Numbered from the stretch's first letter, positions 1 to 11,916 are shown. The stretch is DNA of 64,000 bases from an uncultured Ignavibacteriales bacterium (GCA_963764825.1 CAVXUA010000010.1:45010-109009); one strand, 5' to 3'. Program-made: numbers and translations. Notes: generated from the sequence alone by a model not told the origin.

Positions 1-1055
1 AACTGATTATGCTATACTTGGTTTCATATTTCTTTCCACAATTGAAGGGCTCAGAGTTATTCTTCTTGCAATAAAAAGAAAGAAGGATCACGCCTGGGTA
101 ATTGGTTTAGGTGTAATTGTTTTCGTGATTTTTGTTTTAACCTTATTTGTTGCAGGAATTTTTGGCATAAATATTAATAGCATTATTGGAATTATTTTAT
201 TCTTTATTGGTCTTTTAAGTTTACCTGCTTCTATGTCTGTATATCTTGCAAGAGATATTGCTACAACTAATAAAAATCTTACCCTTCAACTAGAAAATGT
301 AAAAGAATTATCAAAAAAAGAACTTGAACAACAACTAAGAGCTCAAAAAGCAGAAGCAGAAAACGAAAGGAAAAGTAAAGAATTGGAGGAAGCTCGCCAA
401 CTGCAGCTCTCGATGCTTCCTAAAGAGTTGCCAAATATACCCAATCTCGATATTGCGGTTTATATGAAAACTGCAACTGAAGTTGGCGGCGATTATTATG
501 ATTTCCATCTTGCATTGGATGGAACATTAACTATCGTTATCGGCGACGCAACAGGGCACGGATTAAAAGCGGGAACTATGGTTACTGCTGCTAAAAGTCT
601 ATTTAATTCTTATGTAAATAATAATGATATACTTTTTACCTTTAGCGAATTTACCCGCGTTATAAAAGAAATGAAAATGCACGCAATGTCAATGTGTTTA
701 TCACTTTTGAAGATAAATGGAAACCAATTGGAGATGTCCTCTGCAGGAATGCCACATGCATTGTTATTCAGAAATGATAAAAAAATAATTGAAGAAATTG
801 CACTAAAAGGAATGCCTCTTGGTGCAGTTAGTTGATTTCCCTTACCAAACAAAATCCAAAGAACTATTTACAGGTGATACATTGTTTCTACTTAGTGACG
901 GTTTACCCGAACTGTTTAATAAAGAGAGAGAAATGTTTGGGTATGAAAGAATTACAGAAGAATATGAAAAAGTTGCTGAGAAAACTCCTGAAGATATTAT
1001 TGAGCACATGAAGACTGCTGGCTCAGATTGGGCTGATGGAGCGGAACCAGAATGA
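1..1055 (+). CDS. Membrane sensor fused to a PP2C/SpoIIE-family serine phosphatase (5' partial; frameshifted near 820-835)
   Basis: The frame is open from the window edge. Hydrophobic N-part, coiled-coil segment, then SpoIIE/PP2C signature 'GGDYYDF...GDATGHGLKAGTMV'. ORFs 125-835 and 819-1055 are consecutive parts of one protein. Confidence 0.75.
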
Positions 1056-1210
1056 CGATATTACATTTGTAGTAATTAAAGTTAAATAAAAAAAAGTAGC
1101 GGGTTAAATTTCAGAAGCGAAGCTCTACCGATCTATAGTAACTCAGAGCGGAGAAATAAAGAATCGAACCCAGAAAAATCTTTAATCAGTTTATAGCATA
1201 ATGTAGTTTA

Positions 1211-2653
1211 TTACTTCATCAACACCATCTTCTTAGCCTCAACAAAAGAACCTGCTTGTAGTCTGTAGAAATAAATTCCACTTGTTAAGCCATTACTGTT
1301 AAAATCAATTTCATATTCTCCTGCAGGTTTTTCTTCGTTAACTAATTTGGCAATTTCCATACCCAACATATTGTAGATAGTAATTTTAACAAAACCTGGT
1401 GTTGCTAATTGATAATTAATAAATGTGGTCGGATTAAAGGGATTAGGGTAGTTTTGCTCCAATTTATATGCATAGAAATCGACGTGTTCATTTACAGAAC
1501 TGGCTGATCCGGTTGTAAATCTAAATACTTCGGAAAACATTCCCTCATAGTTCGCTGTTGCTCCTCTTACTCGCCAAAACAATTTTTTATTTTCCTCAAG
1601 GCCGCTTACAGAATATGAAGTAGAAGTAATGCCTGGTTGGTTAACAACAAAGTTTATAAAAGAACCAAAAGTAGATATTTGTAGTGTGTAAGAAACTGCA
1701 CCGTTTACCGGCGTCCATTCAAATGTAGGACTGGTTGATACATTCACAGCGCTATCCTGCGGTGAGATTAGAATTGGGACTTCAATTCCTGTTGTAAAAC
1801 TTCTAACTTCAGAAAAACTACTGATATTTCCACCATTGTTTACTTGTACCCGCCAAAAATATTTAACAAGACCTAGTTGCAAACCGCCTACCCAATAATT
1901 TGGTGTTCCCACCATATCATCATACTCTATTGTTGCAAAGTTAGAATCAGTTGATAATTGGAACCTATATAAAACTGCAGACGATACCGTGGACCATTGA
2001 AAGCTTTGCGTAAGCATTACCCCTTCAAGACCATCATCGGGAGAGATAAGATCTGGTGCGTCAGGAACAATGTCATTGAGACCAAGATATGTAATGAACA
2101 TTTCAATTTTTTGTACGGGCCGTTCTGTACCAGGTACTACAGGTGAGTTAACAATATCATCTACCACCGTCATCCCTTCGTATACTCTTCCATATGCTGT
2201 GTACTGCCCATTCAAACTAGAATTATTAACAACGTTTATAAAAAACTGTGAGGTTGCACTGTTAATATCAGAACCCCTAGCAGCTCCCAGGATCCCACGT
2301 GCGTGATTTATATTTGTAAACTCAGCAGGTACAGTAGTCTGAGTTGGATCACCAAAGCCCCATGTCGAGGGATCACCATGCCGAGAATTAGGGTCACCTC
2401 CCTGAATAACAAATCCGGGTACTACCCTGTGGAATGCGGTTGTATCATAAAATTGAATTGATACAAGACTATCAAAATTATGAACATGTAGAGGTGTAAT
2501 TATTCTAAACAGTTCAACTTTAATATCTCCTACATAAGTACCTTCTCTTTCACACATCATGTTGTATTGAGGCATTCCAGTTTGAGTAAATGTTTTTATG
2601 GTTAAGAACAAAACTAAAAGGGTTGTAATAAATAATGGTTGTAGATTTTTCAT
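1211..2653 (-). CDS. Secreted cyclophilin-type peptidyl-prolyl isomerase with FN3-like repeats and a T9SS C-terminal sorting domain
   Basis: Signal peptide. Cyclophilin core 'FHRVVPGFVIQGGDP...SQFFIN'. Two repeats of the form 'W..V..A..Y.(F/L)Q(L/I)ST'. C-terminus 'NPFNPTT...GIYFYRLQAGSFVEAKKMVLMK'. Confidence 0.85.
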   Translation of the reverse strand: MKNLQPLFITTLLVLFLTIKTFTQTGMPQYNMMCEREGTYVGDIKVELFRIITPLHVHNFDSLVSIQFYDTTAFHRVVPGFVIQGGDPNSRHGDPSTWGFGDPTQTTVPAEFTNINHARGILGAARGSDINSATSQFFINVVNNSSLNGQYTAYGRVYEGMTVVDDIVNSPVVPGTERPVQKIEMFITYLGLNDIVPDAPDLISPDDGLEGVMLTQSFQWSTVSSAVLYRFQLSTDSNFATIEYDDMVGTPNYWVGGLQLGLVKYFWRVQVNNGGNISSFSEVRSFTTGIEVPILISPQDSAVNVSTSPTFEWTPVNGAVSYTLQISTFGSFINFVVNQPGITSTSYSVSGLEENKKLFWRVRGATANYEGMFSEVFRFTTGSASSVNEHVDFYAYKLEQNYPNPFNPTTFINYQLATPGFVKITIYNMLGMEIAKLVNEEKPAGEYEIDFNSNGLTSGIYFYRLQAGSFVEAKKMVLMK

Positions 2654-2944
2654 AACTTCATCTCTTTTATGAATCCTGTCTTAAATATAACACGTACTGA
2701 TTTGAGAATAAAGTTAACGGAAGAAATGATTCATTAAGAATAATAGACTGTCAGATCAATATCCAGCTAATTAGATAATTAATGAATACGATGAGTGATT
2801 TCTCACTATCAAAATATTTCACTTCACCTTAACAATAACCATGGTCAATCATCTTAAAATTAAATATATAATAAATAATAAGTTATAGAACTTGAGTAAC
2901 AAAAGAATAACATAAATTATAGATATTGTGGGAAATGAAAAGTC

Positions 2945-2988
2945 ATAGACAGAAAACAGAAACCCCTACCAACTTTCATTGATAGGGG
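2945..2988 (-). terminator. Putative intrinsic terminator downstream of the metalloprotease gene
   Basis: Stem CCCCTA (2963-2968) pairs with TAGGGG (2983-2988). On the minus strand it is followed by TTTCTGTTTTCTG. The 14-nt loop is large, so confidence is moderate. Confidence 0.4.
2967..2988. repeat. 22-nt exact repeat, copy 1 (TACCAACTTTCATTGATAGGGG)
   Basis: Identical to 6160-6181. Lies 314 nt upstream of the PPIase T9SS-cargo gene start (minus strand). Confidence 0.9.
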
Positions 2989-3014
2989 CTTATGAATAAA
3001 AATTAACTTATAAT

Positions 3015-6000
3015 TTACTTCATCAACACCATTTTCTTGGTTTCAACGAAAGAACCTGCTTGTAGTCTGTAAAAATAGATGCCGCTTGGGAATTGCTCAG
3101 CATTAAATTCCATATCATAAATTCCAGGTTGTTTAACTTCATTTTCTAAAGTGACAACTTCTTCTCCTAAGGAGTTAAATACTTTTAGAGTTATTAATCC
3201 CTCTTCGGGAACCGAATACTTAATAATCGTTGATGGATTGAAAGGATTAGGGAAATTTTGAGATAGTGAATACTCAATTGGTATAGCAACAACCACTTCA
3301 ATTTCATCTGAGAGTTCAAAACTACCATCGAAATCAATTTGTTTTAATCTGTAATAGTAAATTCCTGCTTCAACATTATCATCTACAAATGTATACTCGT
3401 GAATTTCTGTAGTGGTACCGTGTCCATTTACGTATCCAATAGAGTAATATTCTCCATTTTTAATTTTTCTTTCTATTTCAAACATCTGATTATTTGTTTC
3501 TGAAACTGTAGTCCAGTTTAGTTTTATAGTTCCATCAATTGTTAAAGCTATGAATGAGGTAAGTTCAACTGGAATAATGTAAGTTCCATAAATACAGAAA
3601 TTATCAACAACCCACCACCAATCCCATCCTGGTTGAACAGATCTTAACCTGATTTTTACATTTGATTGATTAGCAACAACTGAACTAATATTTATTGATT
3701 CGTGCGTATCACGAATATCTGTACCAACTTGATCCCAAACACCTGTCCAAGTAGATCCACCATCACTACTAACTTCAATGTGTGCTTCATCTTCTGCGTC
3801 AATTACATTCCAATCATTATCAAACTTAATTGTTACAATATCATAAGCTGAAAGATCAAATACCTGAGTAATTTCTGCGGTAGTATTCATTGTTGTTCCG
3901 CTACCGCATTCGTCAGAATCAGCAGCTAATAATCCTCCAGAAGAAGTCAAGGGGAGTGTGTAATCATTTGGGTATGGCGGTGTAATTATTTCCCAATCAC
4001 AGGATCCACCATTGTTTACTATTGTCCATAGTCCTATTCCATTTTCAAATTGATCACAGAAAATACTATCAGTTACCTGGTTGGGATCGGTGACAGTTAT
4101 GTAATCAATTTTCGTTTCTGAATCGAAGTTCGTTCCATCAGAAACTGTTAATATTACAGTGTAAATGCCAAAGTTTGAGTATTGCCAATCTGGATTTTGT
4201 GTTGTCGCGTCAATAGTACCATCATTGTCAAAATCCCATTCCCAGGAAATAATTGAATTCGGTTGTGAAAATGAAAGATCAGTAAACTGAACTGATAATG
4301 GTGCCTGCCCTGAGGTAAGATCTGCTATAAAATCTGCTGTGATTGGGCCTTCAATATATCCTCTATCAGCAAAAACAGGAATGATATGAATGAGATTCGA
4401 TCCACCGTAAAGTATTTGATCAGCTGCAATGAATGCGTTGGCTGCATCAGGTTGATTGGAACTGCCGTTCGTCATAGCCATACCTTCAAGAAAATCACTA
4501 TCCGTTGCTTCTCTACCTATTAGATCATAAATACTCATTAAGGAAGATGCCCACATCTGTCCGTCTGTGTGAATTTGCCCCACCAATCCTTCTGGATAAT
4601 GTGCTGTATAATTTGTTATTCTTCCCGGCCAGAAAGGATTATGCCCATCCCAGATAAATACCCAGTTATATCCTGGATCGCTTGCTGTCCAATATCCGGT
4701 GCTTCTTATGTATGAGGTACACCAGTAATCTCCGCAACCTTCACTTAATCCCTCAGTTTGAGAAATTCCACCAATTGTTAACCAATCGTGAATGCCGTGT
4801 CCCAATTCGTGCAATATTACTCCAAGGTCTTCGGCATCGTCAACACCGCCATCTCCAAATGCCACACTACCGGTAGAACTTAAATAATGTGAATTATCAT
4901 CACCATTTAAACCGTGGGGATCAAATCTAACACCACCAACATATTGATAAGGTGTTAGCGGAATACTTAATGAATCATTTATCCAGCGCATAGAATTATC
5001 AATATGGAAATAGGTATTAGCAGCTTCAAAATTATCATCGCTTCTTGTAAAATGAAAATCGCTTGTTGGATTTGTGTGCAATCCTGTAAAGGGACTTTCA
5101 AAATCCCGAATCTCAGCCCATGGACCTTTTAAACTATAAACGCTTCCATTAAAATCAATGTCATAGAGTGTTCTTACCTCGAGGTGTGACGTCAATGAAT
5201 CAGAGTCAGCATCGTTGTTATCAACGAAACCGGGAGAGCCATAAGTTGTTCTTGCGTGTGTAATAGGATCAGGATCGAATACCCAGCCACTTCCGTTAAC
5301 TAAATTCGGATCATCTCCTCCAATGTTGACATAACATGCCTTATCTTCAACTCGAAATATTTCACTTGTTTGCGCATCAATCAGTACTTCCCAGTCGCCA
5401 GCCAATTCTTCAGATGGAACAATATTTACTTTTTGTGTAAGTCGAAATTTGCCTTTATTATAGTAAATGACTGTTTCAGTATTTTCGTAGGTTGTTAGTC
5501 CCTGGATACCCAAATAATTTTTAGCTTCCTGCAGAGCAGAATTTTCTGATAACACTATGGTTTCTAAATCTGGTTTTATCTTAACATCATAAGGTATTCT
5601 ATATCCGTTCATTACAAAAATGATATTGTTGTTTCTATCAATTGTAATATTCAAAGTAGAACTATAAACTTGATATTGACCTATATATTGAGCAAAATGA
5701 ACATGAAATCCAACGCGGGTTTCCTTTGTAGTTAAATATCTAAGACCACTCAGATCGTGATTAATTTTTAATAGCTCACTATTTTCTGAAAGGTACTGGC
5801 GAGCCATCTTTTCAGGCGTATCTGGATTTACACTATAGCTTACCCTATAAAGTGCTATTGGAACTCCTGTTTTAGAATTGATACGCATGTTATTAAAAAT
5901 TTCACTCTGCTCATTTTCATTCGTTATTATTTCCAGCTGGCTGTTATCAATCGGCTTTTGTGCAAGATTGATCGAAGCAATTGCAAATGTGAAAATTAAG

Positions 6001-6032
6001 ATCAGATTAAAGAAAGTAAGTATTCTTTTCAC
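3015..6032 (-). CDS. Secreted zinc metalloprotease (HExxH) with a PKD domain and a T9SS C-terminal sorting domain, 1005 aa
   Basis: Signal peptide, propeptide-like N-region, 'ILHELGHGIHD' plus downstream 'EGCGDYW'. PKD repeat 'WEWDFDNDGTID...YTVILTVSDG'. An FN3-like 'LNWTTVSETNNQMFEIERK' module. CTD 'NPFNPST...GIYFYRLQAGSFVETKKMVLMK'. Confidence 0.85.
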   Translation of the reverse strand: MKRILTFFNLILIFTFAIASINLAQKPIDNSQLEIITNENEQSEIFNNMRINSKTGVPIALYRVSYSVNPDTPEKMARQYLSENSELLKINHDLSGLRYLTTKETRVGFHVHFAQYIGQYQVYSSTLNITIDRNNNIIFVMNGYRIPYDVKIKPDLETIVLSENSALQEAKNYLGIQGLTTYENTETVIYYNKGKFRLTQKVNIVPSEELAGDWEVLIDAQTSEIFRVEDKACYVNIGGDDPNLVNGSGWVFDPDPITHARTTYGSPGFVDNNDADSDSLTSHLEVRTLYDIDFNGSVYSLKGPWAEIRDFESPFTGLHTNPTSDFHFTRSDDNFEAANTYFHIDNSMRWINDSLSIPLTPYQYVGGVRFDPHGLNGDDNSHYLSSTGSVAFGDGGVDDAEDLGVILHELGHGIHDWLTIGGISQTEGLSEGCGDYWCTSYIRSTGYWTASDPGYNWVFIWDGHNPFWPGRITNYTAHYPEGLVGQIHTDGQMWASSLMSIYDLIGREATDSDFLEGMAMTNGSSNQPDAANAFIAADQILYGGSNLIHIIPVFADRGYIEGPITADFIADLTSGQAPLSVQFTDLSFSQPNSIISWEWDFDNDGTIDATTQNPDWQYSNFGIYTVILTVSDGTNFDSETKIDYITVTDPNQVTDSIFCDQFENGIGLWTIVNNGGSCDWEIITPPYPNDYTLPLTSSGGLLAADSDECGSGTTMNTTAEITQVFDLSAYDIVTIKFDNDWNVIDAEDEAHIEVSSDGGSTWTGVWDQVGTDIRDTHESINISSVVANQSNVKIRLRSVQPGWDWWWVVDNFCIYGTYIIPVELTSFIALTIDGTIKLNWTTVSETNNQMFEIERKIKNGEYYSIGYVNGHGTTTEIHEYTFVDDNVEAGIYYYRLKQIDFDGSFELSDEIEVVVAIPIEYSLSQNFPNPFNPSTIIKYSVPEEGLITLKVFNSLGEEVVTLENEVKQPGIYDMEFNAEQFPSGIYFYRLQAGSFVETKKMVLMK

Positions 6033-6159
6033 GAGGAATCCTTTCGTTTGGAATTAAAATTGTTGTTACTAAAATATTACTATAATGCTATACATGCCAT
6101 TTTAATATCATTAGTCCTTTGAAATATCAAGCTCTAATATTTTATTAATAATAAATCAG

Positions 6160-6181
6160 TACCAACTTTCATTGATAGGGG
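6160..6181. repeat. 22-nt exact repeat, copy 2 (TACCAACTTTCATTGATAGGGG)
   Basis: Identical to 2967-2988. Lies 128 nt upstream of the metalloprotease T9SS-cargo gene start (minus strand). Confidence 0.9.
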
Positions 6182-6317
6182 AGGGGATTGGTAAAAATTT
6201 TATTAGTCAGTTATTAAATTAATACGATTAAAATAATTTGCTAATAGTGGGTTTGCAAAAGTGATTACCGTAAGAATATTGTAAGAGAAGTCTGTAAGTT
6301 ATTGTTATATAATAGAA

Positions 6318-6409
<92 letters not shown>

Positions 6410-6512
6410 GGAACTGAAATTTCAGAGTACAAACATAACATTTTAATCCAAATATTGAAACTAAACTTGTAATCAAATATTTGATTGATTATCAAACCAC
6501 CTTTTAATAGAT

Positions 6513-7716
6513 TTGAATTTCAAAGTAAATGCATTTGGAGAATGGATGAATTCATTTGAGGGTACAGACTATTATAATATAGAATCTCTTCTTTCTAAAG
6601 AGGAGATAATGATAAGAAATACGGTACGCGAATTTATTTCAAATGAAGTCATACCTATCATCGAAAAGCATAACCGCGAAGCTACTTTTCCCGTTCAGCT
6701 GATTCCTAAAATGGGAGAATTGGGCTTACTTGGTACAACCTTCCCAGGCAAATATAATTGTGCTGATCTCAATTATGTTACTTACGGCTTGGTTAATCAG
6801 GAGTTAGAAAGAGGGGATAGCGGAATAAGAAGTTTTGTTTCAGTTCAAAGTTCTCTTGTAATGTATCCTATTTTCTCATTTGGGAGCGAAGTACAAAAAG
6901 ATTATTGGCTCCCACTGCTTGCCAGTGGTGAAAAAGTTGGTTGCTTCGGTTTAACCGAACCTGATTATGGCTCTAACCCATCAGGTATGATCACAAAAGT
7001 AGAAAAAGTAGATGGTGGTTTCCTATTAAACGGTGCAAAAATGTGGATAACAAATGGTACAATTGCCGATGTTGCAGTTGTCTGGGCTAAACTTGATGGT
7101 GTTGTAAGAGGATTTCTTGTGGAAAAAGAATTTAAAGGATTCTCTGCACCGGAGATGAAAGGCAAACATTCACTTCGGGCTTCAGTAACTTCAGAATTGG
7201 TTTTTGAAGATGTATTTATTCCTGAAGAAAATATACTGCCCAAAACAGTTGGAATAAAAAATGCACTTAATGTGTCTTAACCAGGCAAGATATGGAATTG
7301 CATGGGGTGTTGTTGGTGCTATGATGGCATGCTATGATTCAGCTCTTAACTATGCAAAAAGCAGAGTACAATTCAGTAAACCGATTGCAGCTTACCAGAT
7401 TACTCAGCAAAAATTAGTTATTATGCTAACCGAAATTACCAAAGCACAATTGTTGAATATACAATTAGGCAGGTTGATGGATAAAGGTGATTCAAAGCAT
7501 TACCAGGTTTCGATGGCAAAACGAAATAACTGTGAAAAAGCACTTGAGATTGCAAGGATGTCCAGAGGAATTCTAGGTGCAAACGGAATACTTGATGAAT
7601 ACCCAGTTATGCGGCATTCAGCTAACCTTGAATCAGTTATAACTTATGAGGGTACGCACGAAATGCATACCCTTATTATTGGTGAAAACATTACAGGATT
7701 TTCAGCGTTTGATTAA
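6513..7716 (+). CDS. Glutaryl-CoA dehydrogenase-type acyl-CoA dehydrogenase (one frameshift near 7255-7280; likely start ATG 6543)
   Basis: 'GCFGLTEPDYGSNPSGM', 'WITNGTIADVAVVWAK', 'CLNQARYGIAWG', 'YEGTHEMHTLIIGENITG'. Removing one A at 'cttAAtg' restores a single frame. Confidence 0.85.
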
Positions 7717-7745
7717 ATATTTATAAATCGAATTAGACTTAAGCT

Positions 7746-9212
7746 ATGTTAGATAAAAAAGAACTATTAGAAGGATTAACATTTGATGATGTTTTGCTGA
7801 TACCTGCAAAATCATCTCATCTTCCAAATGAGGTTGATATATCAACTTTATTAACACCTGAAATAAAACTTAATATTCCTATTGTATCTGCTGCAATGGA
7901 TACGGTAACTGAATCTGCCCTTGCTATTGCAATTGCCCGTGAAGGGGGCATTGGAATTTTACATAAAAATATGGGTATTGAAGAACAATGTGAAGAGGTA
8001 GATAGGGTTAAAAGATCTGAAAGCGGAATGATACAAGATCCTGTTACACTTTTACCTGACCGCACAGTAAAAGAAGCCCTGGAACTAATGAAAAAATACA
8101 GGGTATCCGGCATTCCAATAATTGATAAGACAGAGAAATTTGTTGGCATTCTTACAAATAGAGATTTAAGGTTTGAACCGAATGTAAAACTTAAAGTATC
8201 TGATCTAATGACAAAGGAAAACCTCGTTACTGCACCGATTGGAACTACATTGGACAAAGCTGAAAAAATATTACAAAAATATAAAATAGAAAAGTTACCG
8301 GTAGTTGATAAACATGGTAAACTTAAGGGATTAATTACATTTAAAGATATAATGAAGAAAAAGAAACATCCGCATGCTTGCAAGGATGAACGTGGCAGAT
8401 TGAGAGTGGGAGCAGCAGTAGGAATTACTCATGATATACAGGATAGAGTGGGAGCACTTTCTAATGCTGGTGCGGATGTTATAGTTATTGATACTGCTCA
8501 TGGACACTCACAAGGTGTTCTTAGGGCAATAAAGGATGTAAGAAAAAAATTTAAGTATATCCAACTAATTGCCGGTAATATAGGAACTTACCAGGCAGCA
8601 CTTGATTTAATGGATTGCAAAGTTGATGCTGTAAAAGTAGGAATTGGTCCTGGTTCAATCTGTACAACTAGAGTTATTGCTGGAGTTGGAGTTCCTCAAA
8701 TTACTGCTATTTCAGAAGTGTACCGGGCTTCTAAAAATAAGGGTATTCCTATAGTTGCTGATGGTGGAATTAAGCAAACTGGAGATATTCCTAAGGCAAT
8801 TGCAGCGGGAGCACACAGTGTAATGATAGGCGGATTATTTGCAGGAGTTGAAGAAAGTCCGGGTGAAAAAATACTATTTGAAGGAAGAAGTTTTAAATCT
8901 TACAGAGGAATGGGTTCATTAGGAGCAATGAAAAAGGGGAGCAAAGATAGATATTTTCAAGATATTGAAAATGACATATCTAAACTGGTTCCTGAAGGAG
9001 TTGAAGGAAGGGTTCCCTATAAAGGACCTCTTGGTGATACGATTTATCAGCTAGTAGGCGGCATTAGAGCTTCGATGGGTTACTGTGGAGCAAAAAATAT
9101 AAAACAGATGAGGAATAGATCTAAATTTATTAGAATTACATTGGCTGGTTTGAAGGAAAGTCATCCACACGATGTAATTGTTACTAAAGAAGCGCCTAAT
9201 TACCACACTTAG
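7746..9212 (+). CDS. guaB: IMP dehydrogenase
   Basis: 488 aa. Tandem CBS insert. Catalytic loop '[11 protein letters not shown]'. '[17 protein letters not shown]', 'YRGMGS'. Confidence 0.97.
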   Translation: MLDKKELLEGLTFDDVLLIPAKSSHLPNEVDISTLLTPEIKLNIPIVSAAMDTVTESALAIAIAREGGIGILHKNMGIEEQCEEVDRVKRSESGMIQDPVTLLPDRTVKEALELMKKYRVSGIPIIDKTEKFVGILTNRDLRFEPNVKLKVSDLMTKENLVTAPIGTTLDKAEKILQKYKIEKLPVVDKHGKLKGLITFKDIMKKKKHPHACKDERGRLRVGAAVGITHDIQDRVGALSNAGADVIVIDTAHGHSQGVLRAIKDVRKKFKYIQLIAGNIGTYQAALDLMDCKVDAVKVGIGPGSICTTRVIAGVGVPQITAISEVYRASKNKGIPIVADGGIKQTGDIPKAIAAGAHSVMIGGLFAGVEESPGEKILFEGRSFKSYRGMGSLGAMKKGSKDRYFQDIENDISKLVPEGVEGRVPYKGPLGDTIYQLVGGIRASMGYCGAKNIKQMRNRSKFIRITLAGLKESHPHDVIVTKEAPNYHT

Positions 9213-9256
9213 ATTTCGTAGTATTTTTATTTTGATTAGGAGGAGATTGCTCTTAA

Positions 9257-10543
9257 ATGCTTAAAGTTCTTGTTATTGCATATTATTTCCCACCAATGGG
9301 TCTTAGTGGTGTTCAGCGAACCTTAAAGTTTGTTAAATACCTTAAAAATTATAATTGGGAACCAACAGTCATCACTACAGATGATGTTGGTTACTTTGCC
9401 CATGATCTATCTTTACAAAAAGAACTTGAAGAAACTAATATAAGAGTTGTAAGAGTTGGTGGGAAAGATCCAAACTCAGTCCTTTCAAAATTTGGTACCA
9501 TAAAACTCCCAAGAGAATTTATTAGAAAAGCGTTTAATAAAATCAGCCAGACATTATTCATTCCTGATAATAAAATAAACTGGGCAAAGAGAGCTTATCA
9601 GAAAGCCGAAGAATTATTAAGTGAAGAATCATTTGATGTTGTTTTTGTAACCGGTCCACCATTTTCTTCTTCCTATGTATTCAGCCAGCTTAAAAAGAAG
9701 CACGATATTCCGCTTGTAATAGATTACCGCGATTTGTGGTACGAAAGTTACTTCGCATTTTATCCAACTCCTTTTCATAAATCAGCAAATAAAAAACTAG
9801 AATACAAAACATTACAGGCGGCAGACCGTGTGATTGTTACTAATCGCAAAATCAAGGAAAAGTTATTAAATGATTTTCAGTTTTTAACTCATAATGATGT
9901 TGTGATAATTTCCCATGGATTTGACCAGGAAGATTTTCAAAAAGCAGAAAAAATTCCAAAACATAACAATCGGATGATATTAACTTATTCAGGAATTTTT
10001 ATGGTTTACAATTCTCCTGAATATTTACTTAAAGCTTTTAAGGTGTTATCTGTAGAAAGACCTGATATAGCAAAAAATATTGAACTTCACTTTGTAGGAT
10101 TTTTAAGAAACGAAAACAAGAAATTAATAAAAAAGTTAGGGCTGCAGGAGTTTGTGTACGACCACGGCTATGTTGATCACATGGAAGCGGTTAAAAAATT
10201 AAAATATTCTGATGTTTTATGGATGATGGTTGGTAGAAGAAAGAACATAGATTCCATTTTACCAGGAAAATTATATGAGTATGCTGGCGCAAAAAAACCA
10301 ATACTGGCTTGTATGCCCGATGGCGCTGCAAAGGATGCAGTTGCCGAATACTCGGCTTCTTTTATTTGTGAGCCGGATAATATTCAACAAATAAAAGAAA
10401 ATATTATTGAAATTTTTGAACTCTACGGGAAAAATGAATTACCAACAGTTAATGATGAGTTTTTAACAAAATACCGAAGAGATTATTTAACTGAACAATT
10501 ATCCAAACAATTTCAATTTTTAATAAGGGCAAGCATTATATGA
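9257..10543 (+). CDS. Glycosyltransferase (GT-B fold, family 4-like)
   Basis: 428 aa. N-terminal 'YYFPPMGLSGVQR' and C-terminal 'LPGKLYEYAGAKKPILA' resemble GT4-type transferases. Stop overlaps the purD start (ATGA). Confidence 0.75.
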   Translation: MLKVLVIAYYFPPMGLSGVQRTLKFVKYLKNYNWEPTVITTDDVGYFAHDLSLQKELEETNIRVVRVGGKDPNSVLSKFGTIKLPREFIRKAFNKISQTLFIPDNKINWAKRAYQKAEELLSEESFDVVFVTGPPFSSSYVFSQLKKKHDIPLVIDYRDLWYESYFAFYPTPFHKSANKKLEYKTLQAADRVIVTNRKIKEKLLNDFQFLTHNDVVIISHGFDQEDFQKAEKIPKHNNRMILTYSGIFMVYNSPEYLLKAFKVLSVERPDIAKNIELHFVGFLRNENKKLIKKLGLQEFVYDHGYVDHMEAVKKLKYSDVLWMMVGRRKNIDSILPGKLYEYAGAKKPILACMPDGAAKDAVAEYSASFICEPDNIQQIKENIIEIFELYGKNELPTVNDEFLTKYRRDYLTEQLSKQFQFLIRASII

Positions 10544-11818
10544 ATGTAGTAGTTATAGGTTCGGGCGGAAGAGAGCATGCACTTTCACATAAAATAAAGG
10601 AAAGTGCACTTCTTGATAATCTCTATATCATTCCCGGTAATCCTGGAACAGCAAGTCTTGGTGAAAATATTAATCTTGATATTGATTGATCATCCAGCTC
10701 TTGTTAATTTTTGCATAGAAAAAGATATTGGGCTAGTTGTGATAGGACCTGAGCAGCCGCTGGAAAAGGGATTAGCAGATATATTAAGAGAGAATGAAAT
10801 AAAAGTTTTTGGTCCAGGCAAAGAAGCTGCTGAAATAGAATCAAGTAAATCGTTTGCAAAATCAATAATGAAAATTGCTGGGGTTCCAACTGCAAAGTAT
10901 TTGAAGTTCACAAGCGCAATGTATGATCATGCAAAAGATTATTTAAAAGGAAAGAAATATCCGTGCGTAATTAAAGCTGATGGACTTGCGGCCGGTAAAG
11001 GAGTTTGTGTTTGTAATAATGCAGAGGAAGCCGAAAAAGCAATTAAGGATATTTTTGTTTCCAAAGTTTTTAGTTCAGCGGGCGATTGCGTTTTAATTGA
11101 AGAATTTTTGGAAGGTGAAGAAACATCGGTGTTTGCAATAACCGATGGAGAAAATTTTGTTACGCTTCCTCCTTCCCAGGATCATAAAAGGGTAGGGGAG
11201 AATGATACAGGAAAAAACACAGGTGGAATGGGTGCTTACGCACCTACGCCATTTGTTAATGCCGAATTGTTGGAAGAAATAGAAAAGACTATTATTGCTC
11301 CCACTCTCAAGAGCACTTAACGAAGAAGGCAAGAAGTTTATTGGCTGCCTTTATGCAGGTTTAATCTTAACAGAAGATGGTCCGAAAGTAATTGAATTTA
11401 ATTGCCGCTTTGGTGATCCTGAAACCCAGGTTGTTCTGCCGCTTCTGGAAGGTGATTTTCTAAAACTTCTTTATTCTGCTGCTGATGGCAATCTTGATAC
11501 TAAATGCTGTTTCCTATTCACAACGTACTGCGGTTTGTGTTGTAGCTGCATCAGGTGGTTATCCTGATGAATATGAAAAAGGTTTTGAGATCTCAGGATT
11601 GGATAATCTTTCTGAAGATGTAATTGTCTATCACGCAGGTACTAAGGATGAAAATGGAAAAATTTTAACAAACGGTGGGCGCGTTTTAGGAGTTACCTCT
11701 CTCATTGGAGAATAATGATTTACTGGAAGCAAAAGAAAAAGCTTACGAAGCAATAAACTCCATTCATTTTAGAAATATTTATTTCCGTAAGGATATTGCA
11801 GATAAAGCGTTAAAGTAG
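10540..11818 (+). CDS. purD: Phosphoribosylamine-glycine ligase (at least 3 frameshifts in this sequence)
   Basis: 'MNVVVIGSGGREHAL', 'VIKADGLAAGKGV', 'GPKVIEFNCRFGDPETQVVLPLL', 'GGRVLGVT' are found in successive frames (ORFs 10604-11320, 11295-11567, 11485-11715 plus unlisted ends). Confidence 0.9.
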
Positions 11819-11916
11819 TTTCACCGTTTTTTGAAGATATCTTTAAATCATTTTCTTCTCTCCAAAATATTCATTAGTTTAAAACTGATTTCATTTCTTA
11901 AAGAATATTATTTTAG

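Noticed and set aside
1100-1180. tRNA-like words in the intergenic region ('GCTCTACC...CAGAGC' at 1122-1149 and 'GAATCGAACCC' at 1161-1171)
   Set aside because: The D-arm-like and T-arm-like pieces are in the wrong order for either strand. No T-stem, anticodon arm or acceptor stem can be paired. At most this is a degenerate tRNA remnant.
7817-8383. 188-aa antisense ORF inside guaB. Similar shadow ORFs occur at 610-852, 2070-2306, 6965-7243, 20165-20482, 26634-27014, 37219-37581, 38741-39043, 44136-44471 and 49324-49650, among others.
   Set aside because: Each lies entirely opposite a confidently identified gene, has low-complexity or Ser/Ile/Phe-rich composition, and shows no motifs. These are typical antisense shadow ORFs.
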